Source of the DNA: Felis catus
Lineage: Eukaryota
DNA: 64,000 bases
Reading direction: 5' to 3'
Assembly (NCBI RefSeq): GCF_018350175.1
Contig: NC_058368.1
Location: forward strand, 33,792,001 to 33,856,000
Shown here piece after piece: positions 38,940 to 52,708 of this stretch. The position numbers were made by a program, and so were the translations under genes. The first letter of the stretch is position 1. Each line of letters begins with the position of its first letter. The notes under the pieces were generated by a model. The model was not told the DNA's origin. It made no database searches and saw only the letters and a program-made list of their open reading frames with translations.

Positions 38940-39659
38940 TAGGCAGATATCATTTTATGGCATTTTGCTTTATTGTCATCGGCAAATATTTGCATTTTTT
39001 ACAAATTGAAGGTGTGTGGCAACCCTGTGTCAAGCAAGTCTATCGGCATCATTTTTCTTTTTTTGTTCTTTTTAAAATAATTTTTTTTAATGTTTATTTA
39101 TTTTTGAGAGAGACAGAGACAGAATGCGAGTGAGTTAGGCGCAGAGAGAGAGGGAGACACAGAATCCGAGGCAGGCTCCAGGCTCCCAGCTGTCAGCACA
39201 GAGCCCGATGCGGGGCTCGAACTCACAAGTTGTGAGATCATGACCTGAGCTGAAGTCGGATGCTCAACCGACTGAGCCACCCAGGAGTCCCAGCATTATT
39301 TTTCTAACAGCATTTGTTCCCTTCGTGTGTCTGTGTCACATTGTGTTAATTTTCACAATATTCAAACTTTTTTCATTATTATTACATTTGTTATGGTGAT
39401 GTGTGTTCAGTGATCACAATTCACTGAAAGCTCAGATGGTGGTTAGCAGTTTTTAGCCAGAAAGTATTTCTAATTAAGGTATTTATATTGTTTTTTCAAA
39501 CATAATGCTATTGTATACTTCACAGACTATAGGAGAGTGTAAACATAACTTTTATGTGCACTGGGAAACCAAAAAAACTCATTACACTCACTTTACTGCA
39601 ACATTCACTTTATTGTGGGAGATTAGAACCAAACCTACAATGTCTCCAAGGTATGCCTG
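38940..39659 (+). mobile_element. Tigger1 internal-deletion derivative, split by a SINE
   Basis: TA-flanked ends (t)aggcagat... and ...tgtctccaaggtatgcctg|ta; Tigger1 5' (ttttacaaattgaaggtgtgtggcaaccctg) and 3' (ttttatgtgcactgggaaaccaaaaa) sequences joined with no transposase ORF. Confidence 0.88.
39058..39291 (-). mobile_element. Can-SINE inside Tigger1
   Basis: Reverse-complement body; TSD gcat(c/t)atttttct. Confidence 0.95.
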
Positions 39660-39794
39660 TACAGATTGATATCCCACAACCTAAAATATTGTATTGCACT
39701 TACATGTTGACATCATTCTCTTTCTTTTCAGACCTATTAGCTCCTTGAGGGGAAAGAAAGCTTTAAAATATGAGTATTTCTGGCATCTAAAGAT

Positions 39795-40050
39795 ACTGAA
39801 TAGTATAGTGGTTAAAGCACAGACCCCATAACTATTACTTGGGCTCACGCCCTGGCTCCAAAACATAGGTTCTATCTGTAGAAATTAGAGAAGTCACATA
39901 ATACCACAGTACCTCAGTTTCCCTGTCTGTAACTTCACAGTTGGGTTGAGTAAATAGTGCCCATTTGATAAAGTTATTATGAGAGTGAAGTGAATTAATA
40001 AACTTAAAGTACTTCATATAGTTTCTGGCACATGGTGAATGCTATAGTAG
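39795..40050 (+). mobile_element. MIR
   Basis: agtatagtggttaaagcacagac...cctcagtttccctgtctgtaa...tagtttctggcacatggtgaatgct. Confidence 0.8.
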
Positions 40051-40896
40051 AAGCATCCACAATTGTGACTCTATCGCCCAGCCTGAAATAATGCTACATT
40101 TATTGAATGAATGAATCATCCATGTGTATTGACTTATAACTTTTAAATTATGAAGAGATTTATATGAGAGGGATACAGAAGCATGAGACATTATCTTCAC
40201 AATACAGAAGCTGAGACGATTGTTAAAATGAAAATGCTAGCATCTAATGTGCTACTTTATATGAGGGAGGTCTCAAATCCATGGAACATGTAATAAATGA
40301 TACCATTCAGAGGAAGTATAGTTCATTGACAGTAATTGAGAGTAATAAGGGGAAGTTTCATGAAGGAGGTATAGCTCAAGCTCGATATTAAAGGATGCAC
40401 AAAGAAGATGCCAGAGAAAAAGCATTAGAGGTGATCTAGAAATGACAGTGTGGTCTGGTTTTGAGACACGGTGAGTAGCTTGATTGGAACAGAGCTTTCA
40501 GCCTGAGATATAGATTTAACAAAAACAGATTTAATAAGCATTTCCTGCATCTGAGCAATGTTCCAGCCACAGCACTAGGTTTTTTCCCGCAAGTGTTAAG
40601 GGAAAAGTCTAGATAGACAGAGCAAGACTATAGAAATAAGGAGTTCTAAGAAAACTACAAGAATACAGATTTAATGTTGGTAAGGAATTTCATGAGGAAC
40701 CTAGTGTATGAAAAGATTGTGATGTGGTGGTGTTCAGGAGCACTTGATAAAAGAATGGTTTAGAATCAAGAGGACAGCTAAGACATAATGCCTCTAAAAA
40801 ACACACTAGATTGCATAGCACACCAGGTGCACTTGTCCCAGAGCATTAGATTCCCTATATAAACAAGTTTCTGTAATACAACTGGGCTAAAATGTC

Positions 40897-41096
40897 TTTT
40901 CTTTTCTTCTTTTTTTTTGTTGTTGTTCAAATGTTTATTTTGTTATGGGGGGGAGGGGCAGAGAGAGAGGAGGACAGAGGATCCGAAGCAGGCTACGTAC
41001 CGATAGCAGAGAGCCCAATCTGAGGCTCAAACTCATTAGCTGAGAGATCATGAGCCGAAGTCAGATGCTTAACTGACTAAGCCACCCAGGTGCCCC
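40897..41096 (-). mobile_element. Can-SINE
   Basis: Reverse-complement body; TSD atgtcttttct. Confidence 0.92.
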
Positions 41097-42202
41097 CCCC
41101 ATATGTCTTTTCTAAGCGCATTGTGGAATAAATAGCTGGGGGGGGGGGAAATATCTACTTTAACAATACATTTACATTCATACTTTTATTGACATGATGT
41201 GACATTATTTTAAGATTATGAGGCGAGATCATGAAGCTGACAAACATCTCTTTCCCTCATGTTGTTGAATCTCTGAAAATTTATCTACATTGATCACCCT
41301 GTTTGAGTTGAATAAAAGTGTGGGAGGGGTTCCTATTTGAGCCTCCTCAAATATTTTTGTTTAAACTCATGCTTTAATACTTATTTTAATAACAGTTTTT
41401 ATAGGGAAGCACATCCTTTCTGGAGGCATTTTCTTTGCAATTTCCCCAAATTCTCTGTAGTGGTTAAAAATATTTCAGCAAGAAGAGATTAGATACCATG
41501 ATACCAGTAAGATTGTGGAATAGGAAGCCCCAGACCCTCCTTGCACCCATGGAGACACTGATTCAACAATACATGCACCAATTTTCTTTGTGTGAAATCC
41601 AAGAAATAGTTAAGGATCTCTTACACCCCAGGCAAGTGAAAAACAGCCAAATCAAAGCTAGTAGGAAGAATTTTAGCATCTTCTTACCACCATTATCTAT
41701 CCCCCCAGTGCAGTGCCACATGATCAGGAAAAAAACTCCCAATTCTTGGCTTCTCCCTGGGGAATGAAAAAGAAGACTGGACCATATGGCCAATGTACTG
41801 GCTTTTCAGAGAAGGTACTTAAGGGACTGGCTTCTGTCTTGCCTGTCTCTGAGTATAGATAGGACCTAACATACTCTAGATGCCTGAAGACCCCTAACAA
41901 AAATGATCAGGGAGCATGCTGCTGCTCCAGAGGGTCCAATGGTATAAGAGACAGAGGCCAATACAGCTCACTGGCCTCCCCTCAAGAGATAGAGTGAAGA
42001 GTGGAGTGTACATTCAATATTCTGGCTTTTCAGGGGGCCTCTTTGAGGAATTAGTGTCTAACCCAATTTTGCTCACTAAAGGATCCCATATACTCCAGAT
42101 GCCTGGCAACCTTTGAGAACAAAAAAGTACGGCAGCATGTTGTTTCAGAGGACCCATGGTACAGCAGATAGACACCAGAGGGAGCAAGAGATTATGATGT
42201 TA

Positions 42203-42282
42203 AAAAGAAAAGAAAAGAAAAGAAAAGAAAAGAAAAGAAAAGAAAAGAAAAGAAAAGAAAAGAAAAGAAAAGAAAAGAAAAA
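42203..42282 (+). repeat. (GAAAA)n microsatellite within L1
   Basis: Directly visible. Confidence 0.98.
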
Positions 42283-43596
42283 TGGCAAATCCCTCTAAGG
42301 AAACTACAATTTCATAGAAAAGGTTCGAAAGGCCCCCAGTATTTCCAGGGCTGACTGGTTAAGGTCTTTCCTTTTAAAGAGTCCTTAAAGACTAGGAAAG
42401 GTGGCTGTTTTTTGTTTGTTTGTTTGTTTTGTTTTGTTTTGTTTTTCTCCAAGTATGTGGATACCAGTACAAAGTTACAAGGAATACAAAGGAAAAGAAG
42501 AAATGTCCTAATCAAAGAAATACAATAAATACTCCATAAACAGACCCAAAAGAAAAGAAGATATGTGAATTACTGGACAAAAGGATGATATGAATGACTG
42601 GAAAAATTTTCAAAATAATAGTCAAAAAGATGCTCATGAGTACAAGCAAGTGACACATGAACAAAATGAGAACTTCAATAAAGAGATGGAAGATATAAAA
42701 AAGAAACAAATTTGGAGCTGAAAAATAAATGAATTGAAAAATTCACTGAAAGGTTCAAAAACGGACTTGAGCAAACAAAAGAATAAAAGATCATTTGAAA
42801 TTTCCCAGTTAGAAAAGCAGAAAGAAAAAAGAAAGGAGAAAAAAACTGAAGAAAAGCTAAAGGACTTTGTAGAATACTGCCAAAGAGAAACAATATACAA
42901 TTTATGGAAGTCACCAAAGGAGAAAAGGGAGAGAAAGGGGCAGAAAGTTTATTTGAAGAAATAGTGGCTGAAGTTTTCCCAAGTCTAGGGAAGGAAATGG
43001 ACATCAGATTCAAAAAACCCAATGATCCAAAGTGTTGAATTGAAAGAGATTTAGACTCTGTAAGTCACTTTTAATTTAGTATAAAAATTAAAAAAAACAA
43101 AAATGTTAACAATAATTAAAATGACAAAAATTTGTTAATGGATACCCAATAGAAAATGATGTAAACTCTGACAACAATAACATAAAGTGTGGTAAAAGGG
43201 ACTAAAAGGGTATAGTTTTTGTGTGTGATTAAACTTAAGTTGTTATCAGCTTAAAATAAATTGTTATGACTAAAAGACATGTTATGTAAGACCAATGATA
43301 ATTACAAAGAAAATATATTTAAGATACAAATAAGAAAGAGAAAGGAAGCAAAGCATGTCAACACACACACCAAAAACAAAACAAAACCCACAAAGAAAGA
43401 GTCTAAGAGAAGGAAAGAGACACCAAAGAACTACAAGACAGAATGAAAACAATTAACAAAATGGCAGTAGTAAGCCTTTCCCTACCACCAATTACCTTAA
43501 ATGTAAATGAATTAAATTCCCCATATAAAAGAGAATAATTAAATGGAGTTTACAAACCACAAAATACAACTATATACTGTGTACAACAGACTTGCT

Positions 43597-43807
43597 TTTA
43601 ATTTTTATTTGTTTATTTATTGGGAGAGAGAAAGAGAGAGCATGTGCACGAGAGAGGGGCAGAGAGAGAAGAAGAGAGAGAATCCCAAGCAGGCTTCATG
43701 CTCAACACAGAGCCCGGCACAGGGCTCAATCTTGCGACCATGAGATCACCACTTGAGAGAAAATCAAGAGTCAAATGCTTAACTGACTGAGTCACCCAGT
43801 CGCCCCC
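43597..43807 (-). mobile_element. Can-SINE inside L1
   Basis: Reverse-complement body with (GA)n. Confidence 0.9.
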
Positions 43808-44691
43808 GATTCACTTTCAATTTAAATTCAAATAAAGTCTGACCATTAAGGAAAAAGATATTCCATGCAAATGGTAAGCAAAAGATAGTAGAAGTAAGTA
43901 TATTTGTATCAGACAAAATAGACCTTATGTCAAAAACTTCTCAAAGAGAAAAAGGACAGTACATAAAGATAAAAGGGTCAATTCACAGAAAGATGTAAAA
44001 ATTTCAAATACATATACATGCAACATCAGACCACATTAATATATAAAGTAAATACTGACAGATCTGAAGGGAGAAATTGACAGCAAAATAACAACAGAAG
44101 GAGACTTCAATATCCTATTTTCAAAAATAGATAAAACATTTAGATAGAATATCAACAAGGTAAGAATAGACTTGAACAACACCATAAACCAATCTACCTG
44201 ACAGACAAACAGAGGATTCCACCTAACAACATAATATATATTTCTCTCAAGAGTACATGAAACATTATACGGGATAAATTACATGTTAGGTCAAAAAACA
44301 ATGCACATATGCAGTAGGATTGAAATCATAGCAAGTATCTTTTCCAACCACACAGAATGAAACCAGAAATCAACAGAAGGAAAACCAAAAAAACCAAATA
44401 TGTAAAAATTAACACATTTTAGAATGACCAATGGATCAAAGAAGAAATCATATGGGAAATTAGAAATTATCTTTAGACAAATGAGAATGAAAAACACCAT
44501 TAAAATTACAGGATGCATCAAAAGAAGTACTAAGAATGAAGTTTACAGTGATAAATGCCTATATTAAAAAAGAAAGATCTCAAGTAAACTAACTCCACAC
44601 CTCAAAAAACTAGAGATAAAATAAAGTAAGCCCAAGTTACCAGAAGGAAAGGAAAAAAAAAAAAAAGATTAGAGCAGAAATGAATAAAATA

Positions 44692-44910
44692 GGGGAACCT
44701 GGATAGTTCAATCAGTGAAGTGTCCAAGTCTTGATTTCAGCTCATGTCATGATCTCATGTTTCCTGAGATTAAGCCCCATCACAGGTTCTGCACTGACAT
44801 CACAGAGCATTCTTGGGATTCTCTCTCTCAGTCTCTCTGTGCCTCTCCCCTACTTGTGCTCACATGCTCTCTCTCGCTCTCTCTCAAAATAAATAAATAA
44901 ACTTAAAAAA
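44692..44910 (+). mobile_element. Can-SINE inside L1
   Basis: Diverged head, CT tract, (AAAT)n tail; TSD-like aat(a/g)aaatag. Confidence 0.88.
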
Positions 44911-46009
44911 TAAATGAAATAGAGACTAGAAAAACAATAGAAAAAATCAATGAAAATAAGAGTTGGTGTTTGGAAAAACTGACAAAATTGGCAAAACTAT
45001 GTAAGAAAAAAGTCAAATAAATATAATTAGAAATGAAAAAGAAGACTTTAAATCTGATGCCACAGAAATAAAAAGGATCAAAAGAGACTAGTATGAACAA
45101 TTACACATTAACAAATTGATTTGTTAATGGATATCTAGAAGATGGGGAAAAATTCCTAGAAGCAAACCACTAAGATTGAATCATGAAGGAATACAAAATA
45201 TAAACAGGCTAATAATGAAGGAAAGGTTAAATAAGTAATCAAAAACACCCAGCAAAAGAAGGTCCAGGAGCAGATGGTTGCATGGGTGCATACTATGAAA
45301 TATTTAACGAAGAATTAATGTTAATCCTTTTCAAACTATTCAAAAACAATTAAAGTAGAAGGAACATTACCAAACTCAACTTATGAGGCCAGCACTACCC
45401 TAATACAAGAGCCAGGTAAGGCCATGACAAGAAAATTAAATTAAAGGTCAATAACGCTGATGAACATAGAGTCAAAGACCTAAAAAAAGTACTAGCAAAC
45501 CAAACGCACAGAGCATTAAAAGGATTATACATGATAACTGAGTTAGATTCATCCCTGGGATGCATAGATGGTTCAAAACACCCAAATCAATAAATGTGAT
45601 GTGCCACATTAACAGAATGAAAGACAAAAAATCACATGATCACCTCAATATAGATGCAGAAAAAGCATTTGATAAAATAAAACATCCTTTCATGGAAGAA
45701 AAAAAAAAGATAAATCTCTCAACCAATTAAGTATAGAAGGAATGTATCTCAACAAAATAAAGGCCATATATGACAAGCCTACAGTTAACATCATACTCCA
45801 TGGAAAGAAAACTCTTCCTCTAAGGTCAGGAACAAGGCAAGGTTTCTCATTCTCATCACTTCTATTCCATATATATTGGTGGAAGTCCTAATAAGAGCAA
45901 TCAGGGAAGAAAAAGAAATAAAAGACATCTGAATGAGAAAGAAAGAAGTAAAACTGTCTCTATCTGTAGATGACACAATCTTATATAGAGAAAATACTAA
46001 AGACTCCAC

Positions 46010-46052
46010 ATGCACGCACACACACACACACACACACACGCACGCACACACA
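46010..46052 (+). repeat. (CA)n microsatellite
   Basis: Directly visible. Confidence 0.95.
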
Positions 46053-48381
46053 AATTCCAGAATAAACAAATTCAGCAAAATTGCAGGATACAAAATTGGC
46101 ATACCAAAAAATCATTTAAATACTGATTCCATTTACAATAGTATTTTTAAAAAATAACCAGCATAAATCTAACAAAAGAGGGGAAAGATTTTCCGCTGAA
46201 AACTACAAAACATTGATGAAAGAAATTAAAGAAGACACAAATAAATAAAAGATTCTCCATGTTCATGAATTTGAAGAGTCAATATTGTTAAAATGCCCAT
46301 ACTACCCAAAGAAACCTACAGATTCAATGCTTGCTGTCAAAATCCCAATGGCATATTTTATAGCAATAGAAGAAATAATCCTAAAATTTACATAGCATCA
46401 GAAAGTATCCCAAATAGCGAAAACAATATTGCAAAAGAAAAAAGCTGGAGAAATCTTACTTCCTGATTTTAAAATACATATCAAAAAATTAAATTAAAAA
46501 AATATGTATATCAAAGCTTCCATGATTAAAACAACATAGTAATGGCATAAAAGCAGACATATATATTAATTGAATAAAATAGAGAGTCTAAAACGAGCCC
46601 ATGTATACACAGTCAACTGACCTTCAACAGGGGTGACTGGAATACACAATGGGAAAAGGATAATCACCGTAACAAATGGTGTTGTAAAAACTGGACATCC
46701 ACATACAAAAGAATGAAACTAGATTCTTATCCTACACTGCACAAAAATGGATTAAAGACTTAAATGTAAGTCCTGAAACTGAAACTTATGATAAATAACA
46801 TAGGGAAAAAACTTTCTGACATTGATCTTGTCAATGGTTTCTTAGGTATGACATCAAACACACAGACAATACAAAGGAAATAGACAAGTGGGACTACATC
46901 AAACTAAATACTTCTGCACAGCAAAGGAAACAACAGACACAATGAAAACACATTACCAAAATAAACAAAGATAACAAGTGTTGACAAGGATGTGGAGACA
47001 TTGGAAACCCTGCACACTGTAGGGGATGTAAAATGGTCTAGCCATTAGGGAAAACATTATGGAAGTTTCTCAAAAAATTAAAATTAAACTACTGTATGAT
47101 TCAACAGCCTCATTTCTGGGTATACATCCAAAGAACTGAAATCAGAATCTCAAAGAGATATTTGCATTCCCATGTTAATTGCATTATTCACAACAGCCAA
47201 GAGGTGGAAGCAATCTAAATGTCCATCAACAGAGCAATGGATAAAGAATATGTGTTCTATGCATTGAAATTTATTCAGTCACAAAAAAAGGAAAGAAATC
47301 CTGTCACATACTACAACAGAAAGTAAGTTAGAAGTAAGTTATGCTAAGAAAGTAAGTTAGTTACTGAAAGACAAATACTACATAAATCCACTTACATGAC
47401 ATATCTAAACTAGTCAAACTCATTAAAGCAGAAAGTAGAATGGTGGTTTCCAGGAGCTGTGGGAAAAGGAAAAAGAGAAGTTGCCATTCTCTAGGTATAA
47501 ATTTTTAATCATATAAGACCAAAAAAAAAAGTTCTAGACATCTTCTGTATAATACTATAATTATAATTAACAATACTATACACTTAAAAGTTTGTTAGGG
47601 TAGATCTCATATTATGGGTTTTCTACCACAAGAAAAAAGAGAGAAAATAGTTATGTATTTTAAGTTCAGTATTCCTCAACTAAAACCTTGGGGAAATTTA
47701 TAATTGCAAATTTCCATATCTCAAAGGTAAAATAGTTAATTCAGCAACGTACAGATAACATCAGTTATCCAGGATCTTAGTTTAGTTTAGTTTTGTTTTG
47801 TTCTGTTCTGTTTTGTTTCTGCAATCCTGAATATTGGTTTGGAATCTAGCTTGTTTCTTTAAGATTGTGGGATAGTCTGACACTTTTAGGTATTAAACCA
47901 ATTGTGGTATCTGGCTTGGGTATGTCTCTCATAGGTCTTTTTTATTTGAAAAAAAAAAAATCATTTCCCAGAGTGCAATCATCAGATTTCCAAAGTCTTA
48001 TTTGCCAGTAGGGGACTATATTGTCATACGCCTTTGCCCTAGCTTCCAGGTAGGTGGCTTGCAAAGTGAGTACTTGGCAATTTTAGACTCTCTCTCGGTA
48101 GATGCCATCTTCAAGTCAATAAAATAAAATAATTAAAATGAAATAATTTCAAAAAGAAAAGAAAGGGAGATCGGTACTAATGATTGAGTAGAATTGGCAA
48201 CCAATTCCACTATGTACTTCTTACCCTTGTGCCGTCTTCCACAAAGCAAGGTTAAATATTTATGATCTACCAATTATTCTATGGGTTAAGTCTTAGAATT
48301 TACACAGACTAAAAATGCAAACATAAAATATGGGTTGGTTATTTCTTATTAAAGCATCTGATCTTTAAAGTTGTTACTGCA

Positions 48382-48595
48382 GGGGCACCTGGGTGGCTCA
48401 GTCAGTTAAGAGTCCAGCTTCGGCTCAGGTCATGATCTCGTGGTTCCTGAGTTCGAGTCCCGTGTCGGGCTCTGTGCTGACAGCTCAGAGCCTGGAGCCT
48501 GCTTCCGATTCTGTGTCTCCTCCTCTCTCTCTGCCCCTCCCCTGCTCATGCTCTGTCTCTCTCTATCTCTTAAGAATAAATACACTTAAAAAAAA
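48382..48595 (+). mobile_element. Can-SINE
   Basis: Full body; perfect 18-bp TSD tttaaagttgttactgca. Confidence 0.97.
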
Positions 48596-49649
48596 TTTAA
48601 AGTTGTTACTGCATAAAGTAGCAAGGAAAATGAAACAAAATGTAAGATTCTGGAAACCCTGTTAAATTTTGCTGAAAGAAATAAATTTTCTTTCTGGTGA
48701 TTTCTGTTTGCTAACCTCAAGCGCTTTCTCAGTATTTCAATTTTCCACCCAATGCTTCATCATTTCTAAGCATTCCTTAGTACACATTGTAGAAATAATT
48801 ATAAAGAGGCTTTAGTGGGAAGGCAATGAATCCTACGGTTCTGGGACTCTCATCTGCATGGGCCCCTGGCAAGGATTTACAATTTTGGATTCTTTTTCTG
48901 AAAGAGTACCTCCAAAATTATATAAGCATTAGGACTCACAACACCTGGGTCCTCCACTGAGGGCATGTATTATATGATCTCATTGATTTTATTGCAACAG
49001 AAAATCAGATAGGATTCTTAGACTCATGTCACAGCCTTTAGAAATGCACTTGTCTCCTGAGGCACGGCTGGACTCTCCTAAAATCACTGGTCAACTTCTA
49101 GATCACCATTGTCATCTAGCTTTAGGGAGGGGAAAGGATGTGACAGAACTACACCTTAGCCATTTACTTTCAGTCTCAAAAGCTGTACATGGTGGGCTAT
49201 TTGCTTTGAATTCTGTCCTCTTAACAGGCTACTGGCCTTTCAATAATCCCATCACCCCTTCTTGTATCAGGAGGATAAAATTATATGCCACAAGCAGGCC
49301 TTGGGAAAACAATAATATAGCTTCAGACTCAGCTCCCACCTTCATCCACAACTCTAGTAAACTAATGCATGACATTTCAGAAGGGAATACATGCAGAATA
49401 TACTTGTTAGCTTTCTGATCCCTGCCATGCCCTTGGTTCTTTGTGTGAGGACGTCTTCAAAGGGATCCCCTCCAGAATCCTAAATCAGAAGGGACGCAAA
49501 AGTCTTTCTGCATTAAAAATCCTCTAATCTTCTCCCCTCTTCTAATCTCTGGCCCATGAAGATGACACGGGAACACTGATAATGACATGTAACTCCATCA
49601 CCCTTAATGCTCCACAACGTCTAGGCCACAGGCTTCGTAGTTTATTAAA

Positions 49650-49703
49650 CAATGACTTTCAAACTTTTTCAAACTGGTGACCATAAATGATAAACCAGAA
49701 TAA

Positions 49704-49745
<42 letters not shown>

Positions 49746-49915
49746 CAAAGTGAAACAATAGGTTTATAAGCAGCCTTGTCAATCTTGCACTTACTATGTT
49801 GTACCTGACACTATTTTTCTACCCTAGTCTCTTTTGCTTTTTTTAAATTCTGGTTATGACCAGAAAATTGACTTTAAGATTTACTGATGGATCTCCCCTA
49901 TGGTTTGAAATCACA
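49650..49915. mobile_element. hAT-Charlie (Charlie4-like) remnant containing (TG)n at 49705-49743
   Basis: caatgactttcaaacttttt...tggtttgaaatcacat TIR-like ends; TG array directly visible. Confidence 0.5.
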
Positions 49916-50117
49916 TCATCCTACTACCATAAAGCAGCAAGGTACATAATTTAGCTATAATTAGAATACACCAGACCTAGGCCTTTATATGCTACATGAG
50001 GATTAAGTCTTTAAAAAATCATCTTAAAAAAATCCTTAATGCTTAGTTTTAACAAATATGATCTTGCTAAGAGAGGAAAAATAAAAGTACTGAAACTCAA
50101 AATGTCTTTATCTCAAA

Positions 50118-50495
50118 TCAGAGGTCTACAATTTTTTTTAAGTTTATTTATTTATTTTTGAAAGAGAAAGCAAGCGGGGAGGGGTAGAGAGAGAAGGGGA
50201 AAGAGAATCCCAGGCAGGCTCTGCACTGTCAGCACAGCTCTCAAACCTGTGAGATCATGACCTGAGATCAAATCAAGTCAGACGCTTAACCTCCTGTCAC
50301 CCAGGTGCCTCTTACAAACTTTTTCTTAGAAGTCCACTATTAAATATATTAGACTTTGTAGGTCATTCTTGGTTTCAACTACCCAACTCCATCCTTACTG
50401 CACGAATGTAGCCATAGGTTATGCAGATAAATGATTGTGACTGTGTCCTAACAAAACTTGATTTAACCAAATAGGTGATAATTTGCCGATCCTTA
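50118..50495. mobile_element. MER58A-like hAT element split by a SINE
   Basis: cagaggtctacaa|SINE|acttttt...taaatatattagactttgtaggtc...gtagccatag...gactgtgtcctaacaaaacttgattta...tttgccgatcct. Confidence 0.7.
50132..50311 (-). mobile_element. Can-SINE
   Basis: Reverse-complement body with small deletions. Confidence 0.9.
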
Positions 50496-50827
50496 TTCTA
50501 AATAAAAGTATCATATTTGTTTCTCTCGTAACAATACACTTTGCAATTATTTATTTATTTGTGGATTTACCTGTTTTTCACATGCTGTCCCTATATAACT
50601 CCAGGCTTCAGGAGAATACTGGCCTCTTTTGCCTTTTATCTTTGCACCCCCAGTGCTCAGCAGATAGTAAAGACTCAAATATTTACTATGTCTGTTGTGA
50701 ACTCCCAAAAATGGCTAGCAGAATAACCTGCTGATTAAACAGAACTAGGTTTATTTAATTTATATAATAAAGGACAACACCACCTAGACAGAGTCTTAGC
50801 AGTCCTTCTCATGGACATAGAGAGGAT

Positions 50828-50829
50828 AT

Positions 50830-50860
<31 letters not shown>

Positions 50861-51074
50861 TTTTCATTTTTTTTAATGTCTATTATTTGAGAGAGAAAGA
50901 GACAGAGAGCAAGCAGGGGAGGGACAGAGAGAGAGGGAGACACAGAATCAGAAGCAGACTCCAGGCTCTGAGCTGCCAGCACAGAGCCTGACGCGGGGCT
51001 CAAACCCACAGACCGCGAGATAATGACCTGAGCCGAAGTCGGTCACCCAACTGACTGAGCCACCCAGGCACCCT
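50828..51074 (-). mobile_element. Can-SINE with (TTTA)n tail
   Basis: Reverse-complement body; TSD-like gag(g/a)(a)gatattta. Confidence 0.95.
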
Positions 51075-51334
51075 GAGAAGATATTTACAGGTTTTAATGT
51101 CAAAAATAAAGCTGCTTGAATGTAAATGTACAGGTTTTTGTATCAATAGGCTTTCATTTCTCTCAGATAAATGTCCAGGAGTGCCATTTCTGCATTGTAT
51201 GGTTAATATTATAAACAACTTCCAAAATATTTTAAATCACGGCCATATCATTCTATAATTCCAAGAGCAGTTGACAAAAGGCCTAGTCTCTTCACATCCA
51301 CTCCAGCAGTTGGTTTTGTCATTATATTTTAGTT

Positions 51335-51467
51335 GTTTGTTTGTTTTAAGTAGGCTTCATGCCCAGTGCAGAGCCCAGCAGTGGGCTTGAGATCATGACC
51401 CTGAGTTCATGACCTGAGCTGAGATCAACAGTTGGACACTTAACCAACAGAGACACCCAGGCACCCC
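51335..51467 (-). mobile_element. Short or truncated Can-SINE
   Basis: gtaggcttcatgcccag...gagatcatgaccctgag...cccaggcacccc. Confidence 0.85.
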
Positions 51468-51480
51468 TATTTTAGCATTT

Positions 51481-51693
51481 ATATATTTTTTAAGTTTAAT
51501 TATTTATTTTGAGAGACATGGAAAGCTGGGGAGGGGCAAAGAGAGAGAGAGAGGGAGAGAGAGAATCCCAAGCAGGCTACATGCTGTCAGTGCAGAGCCC
51601 AATGTGGGGCTCAAACACATGAACTGTGAGATCATGACCTGAGCTGAAATCAAGAGTTGGAAGCTTAACTGACTGAGCTACCCGGGTGCCCCC
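51481..51693 (-). mobile_element. Can-SINE
   Basis: Reverse-complement body; TSD tattttagcattt. Confidence 0.93.
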
Positions 51694-52502
51694 TATTTTA
51701 GCATTTCTAATGAATGTGTGGTAGCATCTCATCATGGTTTAATTTGCATGTAACTAATGACTAATGAGATTGAACATCTTCATGGTTCTTATAAAATAGA
51801 GAACTGATTAAGATTGAACAGATTATTACAGAGTTTATACCTTTGAATTGGTGGACTCAACAAAGCCTGAGACTTAAAAAGAGAATATTGATAAGGAAAC
51901 ATTTTATTCAGTTCACAGTCTTGAACTTCTTATTACCAAAAAAAAAAAAAAAAAAAAAAAAGACAAGAAAGTATGTTTCTTCTCAAACACTATATCAGAA
52001 AAGTATGTTCAGGATAATAGATACAGAAGAGAATCTTGTTATCTGTTCTAATTAATTGAATATTTGAATATCACTAATTATTGTTAGGTTTAACTTATTT
52101 TCTCCTATATAGCAGTATGTATGAAATTAGTAGTTTAAAATTATATTAAATTCAACCAATTTGGAAATTAAAATAGTCAATAATGAAGATACATTCTATG
52201 AAGTTCCCTCAGAGACAAATAGCACACCATAAAAACTATTACTTTTCTTAGTATTTTAGTTTAGTTTGCTTTTGTGAACAATGGGGTAAAAGTTCAAGCT
52301 ACCCACAGGATAAACATGATGACCAAAGAAGTACTATTTAAAATAACTCTTTCTATGTAAGTGCTAAAACACTATTAAATATATGTTATTAGTAGTTTTT
52401 AGATAGACTCCCTTTTGGACATCGTAGGGGTTAACAAATATCACTAGAGTTGAATTAGCACAGGTTTCAAAGCAAAGTTTTACCACTTACCAGGTCTTTA
52501 CA

Positions 52503-52708
52503 TTTTTTTTAATGCTTATTTATTTTTGAGAGAGACAGAGCATGAGCAGGGGAGGGGCAGAGACAGAGGGAGACCCGGAGTCCAAAGCAGGCTCCAGGAT
52601 CTGAACTGTCAGCACAGACCCCGATGTGGGGCTCAAACCCACGAACTGTGAGATCATGACCTGAGCTGAAGATGGATGCTTAACAGACTGAGCCACCCAG
52701 GCACCCCA
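52503..52708 (-). mobile_element. Can-SINE
   Basis: Reverse-complement body; 18-bp TSD taccacttaccaggtctt. Confidence 0.96.

Larger units (their letters stand above)
41500..47640 (+). mobile_element. Near full-length old L1 (L1MA/L1MB-age) with 5' UTR, ORF1 and ORF2 relics and internal deletions
   Basis: 5' end aagattgtggaataggaagccccagaccctcc; ORF1 relic ~42480-43030; ORF2 from ~43461 (atggcagtagtaagcc...ttaaatgtaaatg); RT motif KLSLSVDDTILY; 3' end ...gggtagatctcatattatgggttttctaccaca plus A run; deletion near 46945. Confidence 0.92.
51110..51790 (-). mobile_element. Old L1M ORF2 3' fragment with two SINEs inserted
   Basis: ttcatttctctcagataaatgtccaggagtg...gtgtggtagcatctcatcatggtttaatttgcatg...ttgaacatcttcatg. 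Confidence 0.75.

Noticed and set aside
49026..49418. 130-aa plus-strand ORF
   Set aside because: No recognisable homology, promoter or splice evidence; length is compatible with chance
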